Of a stretch of DNA of 64,000 nucleotides, positions 56,538 through 64,000 are shown piece by piece. Below the pieces are notes generated by a model, which worked only from the letters and a program-made list of their open reading frames with translations, did not search any database and was not told the origin of the DNA. The first letter of the stretch is position 1; every line of letters starts with the position of its first letter. This DNA comes from Planctomycetota bacterium (GTDB taxonomy: Bacteria > Planctomycetota > UBA1135 > UBA2386), in assembly GCA_028281765.1 (NCBI GenBank), contig JANQJF010000024.1, positions 9,883-73,882 of the forward strand, given 5' to 3'. Made by a program: the position numbers and the translations under genes.

Positions 56538-58858
56538 CCAACTCCCGCCGAGAATTCATGAAGACGTCCGCGATGCTCAGCGTCGCGGCGTTCGCCGAGG
56601 GACCGCGCTGCATGTCGAACGTGCTCGCGAAGTCGGGAGACGACATCGAGTGGGTCAAGTCGGTGTGTCGCTTCTGCGGCACGGGCTGTGGAGTGATCCT
56701 CGGCGTGCGCGACCGCAGGCTCGTCGCGCTGCGCGGCGACCCCAAGCACCCGACGACGAAGGGCCTCGTCTGCGCCAAGTCGCTGTTCCTCCCGAAGATC
56801 GTCCACGCGGAAGACCGGCTGCAGCACCCGATGATCCGCAAGAACGGCGAGCTGCAGCGCGCGAGCTGGGAGGAGGCGATGAGCCTCGTCGCCGAAAAGT
56901 TCGCGACCGCGATCCAGAAACACGGCAAGGACTCGGTCGCCTACTACGGCTCGGGCCAGGCGATGTCCGAGGAGAGCTACCTCGCGAATCGCCTCTTCAA
57001 GGGCGGCATCGGCACGAACAACGTCGAAGGCAACCCGCGCCTGTGCATGGCGTCGGCCGTCGGCGGCTACGTGACGACGTTCGGCAAGGACGAGCCGATG
57101 GGCTGCTACGACGACATCGAGCACGCGAAGGTGTTCTTCCTCGTCGGCTCGAACACCGCAGAGTGCCACCCGACGATCTTCGACCAGATCCTGTCGCGGA
57201 AGCAGAAGAACCACGACGTGCTCGTGATCGTGCTCGACCCGCGCTACCAGCCCGTGGGTTCGATCGCGGACATCTACATGCAGCCGAAGCCGGGCATGGA
57301 CCTCGCGGTGTTCCACGCGATCGCGCAGGTGATCGTCAAGGAAGGGCTCTGCGACATGGAGTTCATCGACAAGAACGTGCAGTTCAAGATCGTCGAGAAC
57401 GGCAAGCCTGAGCAAGTCGACTTCGCAACCTACGAGAAGTTCCTGGGTGACCACTTCACTCCCGAGCAGGCCGAGCTGATCACCGGCGTGCCGGCGCAGG
57501 ACATCCGCGAGGCCGCCCGCCTGATCGCGCGCGGTCCGACGATGTCGCTCTGGACGATGGGCCTCAACCAGCGCACCCGCGGCGTCTGGGCCAACAATCT
57601 GATGCACAACATGCATCTGATCACGGGCCAGATCGGCAAGCCGGGCGCGACGCCGTTCTCGCTGACCGGGCAACCCAACGCGTGCGGCGGCGTGCGCGAC
57701 ACCGGCAGCCTCTGCCACATCCTCCCCTACGGCCGGTCCGTCAAGAAGGCGAAGCACCGCGAGGAGATGGAGAAGCTCTGGGGCAGCGAGCCCGGCACGA
57801 TCCCTGCGAAACCCGGCCTGCACACGATCGAGATGTTCCGCGCGCTCGGGCGCGACGAGATCCAGGCGATGCTCGTCCTGACGACGAACCCCGGACACTC
57901 GCTGCCGAACTGCGGCGAGCACCGCGACGCGATGGGCAAGCCGCGGCCGAACAAGCCGTTTGTCTGCGTGATCGATGCCTACCCGACGCGCACGACGGAA
58001 CTCGCCGACGTGGTCCTGCCGGCTGCGATGTGGAGCGAGAAGAGCGGCGTCTTCGGCATGTCCGAGCGGCGCTACCAGTACCACCCGCAGGTCTGCGACG
58101 CGCCCGGCGAGGCCCGCAGTGACTTCGACGTGTTGCTCGACTTCGCGAAGCGCCTCGAAGACGCGGGCGTCGTGCCGAAGGGCTACGTCTCGAGCAAGTT
58201 CAAGACGACCGACGACGTCTGGGACGAGATGCGCGAGGCCTCGAAGAACACGGCGTACGACTTCTACGGCATGACGCGCGCGCGCCTCAAGAAAGAGCGC
58301 GGCGTGCGCTGGCCCGCCCCCACAACGGATCACCCCGGGACGGCGCGGCGCTTCGTCAAGGGCGACGACCCCTGCCTCGACGCGGGTCCGTACGCAGATC
58401 GCTCGCTCGCGGAGGGCGACGTGAAGTTCTACGCCGCGCCCGACCATCGTGCGATCGTCTGGCTGCGACCGCTCGAAGGACCGGCCGAGCCGGCGGACGA
58501 GGAGTATCCGTTCTCGCTGTCGACCGGCCGCGTGCTCGAACACTGGCATACAGGCACGATGACGATGCGCGCGCCGGAGCTGCGCGCCGCCTATCCCGAG
58601 CCGTTCGTCGAGATCCACACGGCCGACGCGCGCGAGCTCGGCATCCGCAGCGGGATGCCCGTGCGGATCCAGTCGCGACGCGGCGAAGCCGTGATCAAGG
58701 CGCGCGTCGTCGACATGCCGCAGCGCGGCACCGTATTCGTGCCGTTCTGCTGGGAGGACGACGCCGGATTCATCAACCGCGTGACGATCGACGCGTACGA
58801 CCCGGGCTCGAAACAGCCGGAGTACAAGATCTGCGCGGTGCAACTCTCGCTGGCGTGA
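56534..58858 (+). CDS. napA: Periplasmic nitrate reductase catalytic subunit
   Basis: Tat SRREFMK, CRFCGTGC, NPRLCMASA, LTGQPNACG, TGRVLEHWHTGTMT, DPGSKQPEYKICAV. Confidence 0.93.
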   Translation: MTNSRREFMKTSAMLSVAAFAEGPRCMSNVLAKSGDDIEWVKSVCRFCGTGCGVILGVRDRRLVALRGDPKHPTTKGLVCAKSLFLPKIVHAEDRLQHPMIRKNGELQRASWEEAMSLVAEKFATAIQKHGKDSVAYYGSGQAMSEESYLANRLFKGGIGTNNVEGNPRLCMASAVGGYVTTFGKDEPMGCYDDIEHAKVFFLVGSNTAECHPTIFDQILSRKQKNHDVLVIVLDPRYQPVGSIADIYMQPKPGMDLAVFHAIAQVIVKEGLCDMEFIDKNVQFKIVENGKPEQVDFATYEKFLGDHFTPEQAELITGVPAQDIREAARLIARGPTMSLWTMGLNQRTRGVWANNLMHNMHLITGQIGKPGATPFSLTGQPNACGGVRDTGSLCHILPYGRSVKKAKHREEMEKLWGSEPGTIPAKPGLHTIEMFRALGRDEIQAMLVLTTNPGHSLPNCGEHRDAMGKPRPNKPFVCVIDAYPTRTTELADVVLPAAMWSEKSGVFGMSERRYQYHPQVCDAPGEARSDFDVLLDFAKRLEDAGVVPKGYVSSKFKTTDDVWDEMREASKNTAYDFYGMTRARLKKERGVRWPAPTTDHPGTARRFVKGDDPCLDAGPYADRSLAEGDVKFYAAPDHRAIVWLRPLEGPAEPADEEYPFSLSTGRVLEHWHTGTMTMRAPELRAAYPEPFVEIHTADARELGIRSGMPVRIQSRRGEAVIKARVVDMPQRGTVFVPFCWEDDAGFINRVTIDAYDPGSKQPEYKICAVQLSLA

Positions 58859-58870
58859 TCGGAGGAACCC

Positions 58871-59521
58871 ATGAAGCGCAGTGGTATCGCACTCGTCCTC
58901 CTGCTCGCGTTCTGCGCGAGCAACGGATCGGGATGCCGGACGGATTCACGCGCCGAAGCGCCGCTCGAGACCCGCGATCGGATTGGTCACGTGGTCGCCG
59001 CGGAGGCGACGACGACCCAGGATCCTGACAGGCTAGACGGTGTCGACCCGGCGGTGAAGGTCGCGGGACCGCGCATCCGACCAGGACACGAGTACCCGCC
59101 GACGCTCTCCGACACGAAGTGGCACCGTGACGCGTGGTCGCACAACGACTGCCTGCGCTGCCACGAAACCGGAGTCGGCGACGCGCCGCAGCTCGAACAC
59201 GTGGGACTCCCCTCGATCTTGACCGAGGCGAAGTGCCGGACGTGCCACGTGTTCATCCCCGGTTCGCCGAAGTCCGAACGCGAACCCGCGCCGAGCCCGT
59301 TCGAGCCGTGGGCGTTCCCGCCGATGATCCCGGCGTCGAGCTCTCACGTCGCGACGTGGCAGCGCGACGACTGCCTGATGTGCCACGAATCCGGCCTACG
59401 GGACGCCCCGCGGGTCGTGCACCGCAACATGCCGCGGCTCTTGCTGGAGGTGAAGTGCCGCACGTGTCACGTGCAGGTGCGCGCGGTCGAGGCCACTTGG
59501 CGGAGCCACAGACAACGGTGA
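58871..59521 (+). CDS. Tetraheme cytochrome c made of two NapB-like diheme units
   Basis: CLRCH, CRTCH, CLMCH, CRTCH in duplicated PP..H..CL.CH..AP..H..CRTCHV. Confidence 0.8.
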   Translation: MKRSGIALVLLLAFCASNGSGCRTDSRAEAPLETRDRIGHVVAAEATTTQDPDRLDGVDPAVKVAGPRIRPGHEYPPTLSDTKWHRDAWSHNDCLRCHETGVGDAPQLEHVGLPSILTEAKCRTCHVFIPGSPKSEREPAPSPFEPWAFPPMIPASSSHVATWQRDDCLMCHESGLRDAPRVVHRNMPRLLLEVKCRTCHVQVRAVEATWRSHRQR

Positions 59522-60237
59522 ACCAGGGCACGCCACAGCCTCGTGTCGATCGCTTCCGCGGCCATCGGTTCAGCGCGTACTTCGTCGCACCGGTGTTCTT
59601 CGCGCTGGCGGCATGGTTCTGGTTCGGACCGGAGCTCGAAACGCTCCCCGAAGCAAACGACACCAGCGTGCACGCGAGCCTGCTGAGCACCGAGCCGCAT
59701 CGGACGATCCTCGGCGACCCGCCACGCGTCCACGTCAACGGCTTCGACCGCACCTGCATGGAGTGCCACCGCCTGTTCCAGTCGGAAGAGGCGAAGACGC
59801 AGAAGCTGCTGCAGCACGAACACATCCGCATGGAGCACGGCCCGAACGTCGACTGCTACATCTGCCATGACGCGGAAGATCGGGACCAACTCACTCTCGG
59901 CAATGGCGTAACCACGAAGTTTACCGACGTCGTGTCGCTGTGCGCACGCTGCCACCCATCGATCGTCGACGATTGGAAGCTCGGCAGTCACGGCCGCACG
60001 AACGGATACTGGAGCGCCGACCGCGGCGAAGTGCGCAAGCTCGTCTGCACCGAGTGCCACGACCCGCACGCACCGCGCACGCCGGCGATGTCGAAAATCG
60101 AGCCGCTGCCGGCTCCGAACGGGTGGCGCCAGGGCAATCCCGCACCGGACCACCACGACAGCCACGGCCACAAGCGCGACCCGCTCCGTGAGGCCTTGCG
60201 GCGCGCGAGCGAACACCACGAAAGCCACGACAAATGA
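59518..60237 (+). CDS. Membrane-anchored tetraheme cytochrome c
   Basis: N-terminal TM; CMECH, CYICH, CARCH, CTECH; GTGA overlap. Confidence 0.85.
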   Translation: MNQGTPQPRVDRFRGHRFSAYFVAPVFFALAAWFWFGPELETLPEANDTSVHASLLSTEPHRTILGDPPRVHVNGFDRTCMECHRLFQSEEAKTQKLLQHEHIRMEHGPNVDCYICHDAEDRDQLTLGNGVTTKFTDVVSLCARCHPSIVDDWKLGSHGRTNGYWSADRGEVRKLVCTECHDPHAPRTPAMSKIEPLPAPNGWRQGNPAPDHHDSHGHKRDPLREALRRASEHHESHDK

Positions 60238-61193
60238 GCGCTGACACCCAACAGCAGCAGAAACCGGGCGTCAGCCGGCGCAGCTTCTTCCGCGGCGCAC
60301 TCGGCGCGGCGGGCGGCATGGCCGCGGTCACGACCGCACTCAAGCCGCTGCTCGAGTTCGACACGTCGGAGTACACGCTCGAGGGTTTCCTCCAGCGTCA
60401 CTACAAGGAGATGACGCCAGAGGAGCTCGACGCCGCGCTCGCGCGCATCGCGGAGGCCGTCGAAAAGCGCTACGAGGTGCGCCCCGAGCTCCGCGACGTC
60501 AAACCGATGGACGGCGTCGAGTTCGGCTACGCGCTGAACCTCAGTCGCTGCATCGGCTGCCGCAAGTGCGTGCACGCGTGCGTCGCCGAGAACAACCAGA
60601 GCCGCAGTCCGGAGATCCAGTACATCCGCGTGCTCGAGATGCCGCGCGGGTCGATCGACATGGAGAAGGGCGATCACGCATACGACCGCCCCACCGTGCC
60701 GGACGCGGACCACTTCTACATGCCGGTGCAGTGCCACCAGTGCGCGAACCCACCGTGCGTCAAGGTCTGCCCGGTCGAGGCGACGTGGTCCGAGGACGAC
60801 GGCATCGTCGTGATCGACTACGACTGGTGCATCGGCTGCCGCTACTGCGAAGCCGCGTGCCCGTACTGGGCCCGCCGCTTCAACTTCGCCGAGCCGCAGA
60901 TCCCGAAGGAGGACATCAACCCGGACATGTCCTACCTCTCCAACCGCCCGCGCCAGAAGGGCGTCATGGAGAAGTGCCACTTCTGCCTGCACCGGACGCG
61001 CGAAGGCAAGCTGCCCGCCTGCCTCGAAGTCTGCCCGGTCGGCGCGCGCAAGTTCGGCAACCTGCTCGACCCCAAGAGCGAGGTCTCGCAGATCCTGCGC
61101 ACCAAACACGTGTTCGTCCTCAAGGAGGAAGTCGGCACGCTGCCGCGCTTCTTCTACTACTTCGACGACGACTATCACGGGGAGAGGAAGTAG
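60234..61193 (+). CDS. Tat-exported four-cluster 4Fe-4S protein (NrfC/DsrO family)
   Basis: SRRSFF, CIGCRKCVHAC, CHQCANPPCVKVCP, CIGCRYCEAACP, CHFC..PACLEVCP. Confidence 0.92.
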   Translation: MSADTQQQQKPGVSRRSFFRGALGAAGGMAAVTTALKPLLEFDTSEYTLEGFLQRHYKEMTPEELDAALARIAEAVEKRYEVRPELRDVKPMDGVEFGYALNLSRCIGCRKCVHACVAENNQSRSPEIQYIRVLEMPRGSIDMEKGDHAYDRPTVPDADHFYMPVQCHQCANPPCVKVCPVEATWSEDDGIVVIDYDWCIGCRYCEAACPYWARRFNFAEPQIPKEDINPDMSYLSNRPRQKGVMEKCHFCLHRTREGKLPACLEVCPVGARKFGNLLDPKSEVSQILRTKHVFVLKEEVGTLPRFFYYFDDDYHGERK

Positions 61194-61196
61194 CGC

Positions 61197-62456
61197 ATGC
61201 GCGACTACGGCCGCTTCCTCTGGCGCTGCGCTCGGATCAGCTTCGTCGGCGACTGGCGCTACCACACGTGGATGCTGACGCTGTCGGTCATCGCGCTGCT
61301 CGGGCTCAACGCGTACGCCAAGCAGCTCGTCGACGGCCTCGCAACGACCGGCATGACCGACCAGGTCTCGTGGGGCCTCTACATCGCGAACTTCACGTTC
61401 CTCGTCGGCATGGCGGCGGCCGCGGTGATGCTCGTCATCCCGGTCTACGTCTACGGCAAGCACGAGATGCACGAGCTCGTCGTGTTCGCCGAGCTGCTCG
61501 CCGTCGCGGCGATCGTGATGTGCCTGCTGTTCGTCACCGTCGACCTCGGGCGCCCGGATCGGTTCCTGCACCTGTTCCAGCGCTTCAACTTCCCGATCTC
61601 GATGTTGACCTGGGACGTCGTCGTGCTGAACGGGTACCTGCTGCTCAACATGCACATCTGCGGGTACCTGATCTACTGCGCATACAAGAAACGGAAGCCG
61701 GGCAAGTGGTTCTACTACCCGTTCGTGATCGTCGCGATCGGCTGGGCGATCAGCATCCACACGGTCACGGCGTTCCTGTACGTCGGCCTCGGCGGCCGAC
61801 CGTTCTGGAACTCGGCGATCATCGTGCCGAAGTTCCTCGCGTCTGCGTTCGCCGCGGGCCCGGCGTTCATCATGCTGACGCTGCAGCTGATCCGGTACTT
61901 CACGGATCACAAGGTCCCGCAGGGCGCGATTCGACTGCTGCAGAACATCGTCACCGTCGCGCTGACGATCGACCTGTTCCTGCTCGGCAGCGAGCTGTTC
62001 ACCGAGTTCTACGCCGACTCGCATCACATCTCGTCGCTCGTCTACCTCTGGTTCGGCAAGGACGGATACCACGCGCTGGTGCCGTGGATCTGGACGTCGG
62101 TCGCCATGAGCGTGACGGCGTTGCTGATCTTCTACCTGCCGACCAAGCGCTCGATGTTCTTCGTCAACATCGCGTGCGTGCTTCTGATCGTCGGCATCTG
62201 GATCGAGAAGGGCATGGGCCTCGTGATCCCCGCATTCGTGCCGTCCCCGCTCGGCGAAATCGTCGAGTACGTGCCGACCCTCAACGAGACGCTGGTCTGC
62301 TTCGGGATCTGGGCGTTCGGACTGATGATCTACACGATCTTCGTGCGCATCACGATTCCGGTGCTCTCGGGCCAGCTGACTCACGACCGCATCTACCACA
62401 CGGAGGTCGCCACCGACTCGGCGACCCATCCCCCGACCGAAGGAAGCCTGTCATGA
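61197..62456 (+). CDS. NrfD/PsrC-family membrane subunit (DsrP-like)
   Basis: TGMTDQVSWGLYIANFTFLVG, DLGRPDR, SIHTVTAFL, IWIEKG; about ten TMs. Confidence 0.92.
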   Translation: MRDYGRFLWRCARISFVGDWRYHTWMLTLSVIALLGLNAYAKQLVDGLATTGMTDQVSWGLYIANFTFLVGMAAAAVMLVIPVYVYGKHEMHELVVFAELLAVAAIVMCLLFVTVDLGRPDRFLHLFQRFNFPISMLTWDVVVLNGYLLLNMHICGYLIYCAYKKRKPGKWFYYPFVIVAIGWAISIHTVTAFLYVGLGGRPFWNSAIIVPKFLASAFAAGPAFIMLTLQLIRYFTDHKVPQGAIRLLQNIVTVALTIDLFLLGSELFTEFYADSHHISSLVYLWFGKDGYHALVPWIWTSVAMSVTALLIFYLPTKRSMFFVNIACVLLIVGIWIEKGMGLVIPAFVPSPLGEIVEYVPTLNETLVCFGIWAFGLMIYTIFVRITIPVLSGQLTHDRIYHTEVATDSATHPPTEGSLS

Positions 62457-63901
62457 AACGCAATGTCGTCCTCGGGCTGATGCTCGCGATGCCGTTCGTC
62501 TGCGCCGCCACCGTCTCGGCGCAGGCCATCGGACTCCCCGAGATCAGCGAGAAGACCAAGGAGTGCATGGAGTGCCACAAGAAGGCGCACCAGTCCATCT
62601 ACCAGCAGTGGGGTGACAGCAAGCACTACCGCGCGAACGTCGGTTGCTACGAGTGCCACGCGGCCGAGAAGACCGACAAGGACGCGTTCAACCACTACGA
62701 CTCGATCATCTCGGTGATCGTCAGCCCGCGCGACTGCGGCCGCTGCCACCCGAAGGAAGTCGAGGAGTTCGAAGGCTCCCACCACGCGAAGGGCGGACGC
62801 ATCCTCGGCTCACTCGACAACGTGCTCGCGGAAGTCGTCGAGGGCAACCACGGCATGGTCACGCCGGGCTTCCCCGAAGGCGTGTCGGCCGCGGCAGTCA
62901 ACGGCTGCTGGCAGTGCCACGGCTCAGAAGTGAAGGTCCTCCCAGGCGGCAAGCTCGACCCGGCGACGTATCCCAACAGCGGCATCGGCCGAATCAACCC
63001 GGACGGCTCCGAGGGCTCCTGCAACGCGTGCCACGTCCGGCACGAGTTCTCGGCGGCCCAGGCGCGTCACCCCGACACGTGCGGCAAGTGCCACCTCGGC
63101 CCGGACCACCCGCAGAAGGAGGTCTACGAGGAGTCGAAGCACGGCATCTCGTTCTTCGCCAACATCAACAAGATGAACCTCGACAACGAGAAGTGGATCG
63201 TCGGCGAGGACTACCACGCGGCACCCACGTGCTCCACGTGCCACATGTCCGCGACGAAGAACCAGCCGGTGACGCACGATATCGGCATGCGCATCTCGTG
63301 GAACAACCGGCCGGTCGTGTCGATCCGCCCCGAGCAATCGGACGCGAAGATGGGACTCCCGGGCAAGGACGTGCCGTGGCAGGTGCGCCGCCAAAACATG
63401 CAGGACGTCTGCGTGAGCTGCCACAACACGAACTGGGTCGACAACTTCTACGTGCAGTATGACGGCCTCATCGACCTCTACAACGAGAAGTACGCGAAGC
63501 CCGGCAAGTCGCTCTACGACCTCGCGAAGCCGCTGCGTCCGTACAAGGCGCCGTTCTCGCACAAGATCGACTTCATCTGGTTCGAGCTCTGGCACCACGA
63601 GGGCCGGCGCGCGCGCCACGCGGCCGCGATGATGGCGCCCGACTACACGCACTGGCACGGCACCTACGACCTCGCGAAGAACTTCTACAGCGAATACATC
63701 CCCGAGCTGAACGAGCTCGCCGAGCACGCGATGCAGTCGAACGACGCGGCCAAGATCGAAGGCGCCAAGAAGCTGAAGGCCATGATCGACAAGGTCATGA
63801 ACTCCGAGAACCACAAGTGGGCTCTCGACAAGATGGATCCGGCCGAGAAGGCCAAGCGCGACAAGGCGCGGGCCGAGTTCTTGAACCGCTACAAGAAGTG
63901 A
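62453..63901 (+). CDS. hao: Octaheme HAO-family cytochrome c (epsilon-Hao-like)
   Basis: Signal peptide; eight CxxCH (CMECH, CYECH, CGRCH, CWQCH, CNACH, CGKCH, CSTCH, CVSCH); GPDHPQ.E.Y.ESKHG; WHHEGRR; APDYTHWHG. Confidence 0.92.
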   Translation: MKRNVVLGLMLAMPFVCAATVSAQAIGLPEISEKTKECMECHKKAHQSIYQQWGDSKHYRANVGCYECHAAEKTDKDAFNHYDSIISVIVSPRDCGRCHPKEVEEFEGSHHAKGGRILGSLDNVLAEVVEGNHGMVTPGFPEGVSAAAVNGCWQCHGSEVKVLPGGKLDPATYPNSGIGRINPDGSEGSCNACHVRHEFSAAQARHPDTCGKCHLGPDHPQKEVYEESKHGISFFANINKMNLDNEKWIVGEDYHAAPTCSTCHMSATKNQPVTHDIGMRISWNNRPVVSIRPEQSDAKMGLPGKDVPWQVRRQNMQDVCVSCHNTNWVDNFYVQYDGLIDLYNEKYAKPGKSLYDLAKPLRPYKAPFSHKIDFIWFELWHHEGRRARHAAAMMAPDYTHWHGTYDLAKNFYSEYIPELNELAEHAMQSNDAAKIEGAKKLKAMIDKVMNSENHKWALDKMDPAEKAKRDKARAEFLNRYKK

Positions 63902-63924
63902 CTGTTACAAAAAGTGTCGGAGCG

Positions 63925-64000
63925 ATGCGCGAACGACTGCAGCTGACCGAGGAAGACGGACTGAGGGCTCTCGAGGACCACGCTCGAGACAAGGCGGCGT
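63925..64000 (+). CDS. Start of downstream hypothetical gene (truncated by window)
   Basis: GGAG then ATG; MRERLQLTEEDGLRALEDHARDKAA open to window end. Confidence 0.5.
   Translation, partial: MRERLQLTEEDGLRALEDHARDKAA

Noticed and set aside
55961-58843. 960 aa minus-strand ORF (and similar long ORFs at 44050-46812, 59988-62429, 34573-36417, 9375-11471, 5484-7667)
   Set aside because: Antisense or off-frame shadows of well-supported genes; stop codons are scarce in high-GC DNA and the translations have no motifs.
60566-62452. Apparent 1111 aa fusion ending in Hao
   Set aside because: The N-terminal part is an Arg/Pro-rich off-frame read of the 4Fe-4S and NrfD genes; Hao starts with its own signal peptide at 62453.
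62453-63901. Hao as evidence of anammox or ammonia oxidation
   Set aside because: No hzs, amo or cycAB in the window, and the sequence and nap context point to the reductive type.

Overview
High-GC bacterial DNA, almost certainly Planctomycetota (DUF1501, DUF1549/DUF1553 and planctomycete cytochrome genes; ECF sigma plus Ser/Thr kinase pair). All annotation is by motif recognition; no searches were run. The conserved housekeeping run glmU-prs-rplY-pth-rpsF-rpsR-rplI, followed by rimO-pgsA-pgpA, lies on the minus strand. It is split between rplY and pth by about 30 kb of accessory genes: a LytTR two-component system, secreted repeat proteins, ThuA/DUF1080, a ROK kinase and a six-gene DUF1501/PSD cluster. 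The right end holds an anaerobic respiratory operon: napD, napA, a tandem NapB-like tetraheme, a tetraheme/4Fe-4S/NrfD (DsrJOP-like) quinol module and an octaheme HAO-family protein of the reductive (epsilon-Hao-like) type. This suggests nitrate ammonification without NapC, NapGH or NrfA in the visible part. Two other highlights: (1) a thioredoxin-like gene split in the ORF track by an in-frame TGA in a W-U-P-P-C motif, with a SECIS-like hairpin (probable selenoprotein); (2) a roughly 110-130 aa domain shared by five otherwise unrelated secreted proteins plus one remnant (candidate surface-sorting or anchoring domain). No tRNA, rRNA, CRISPR array or transposase was seen.
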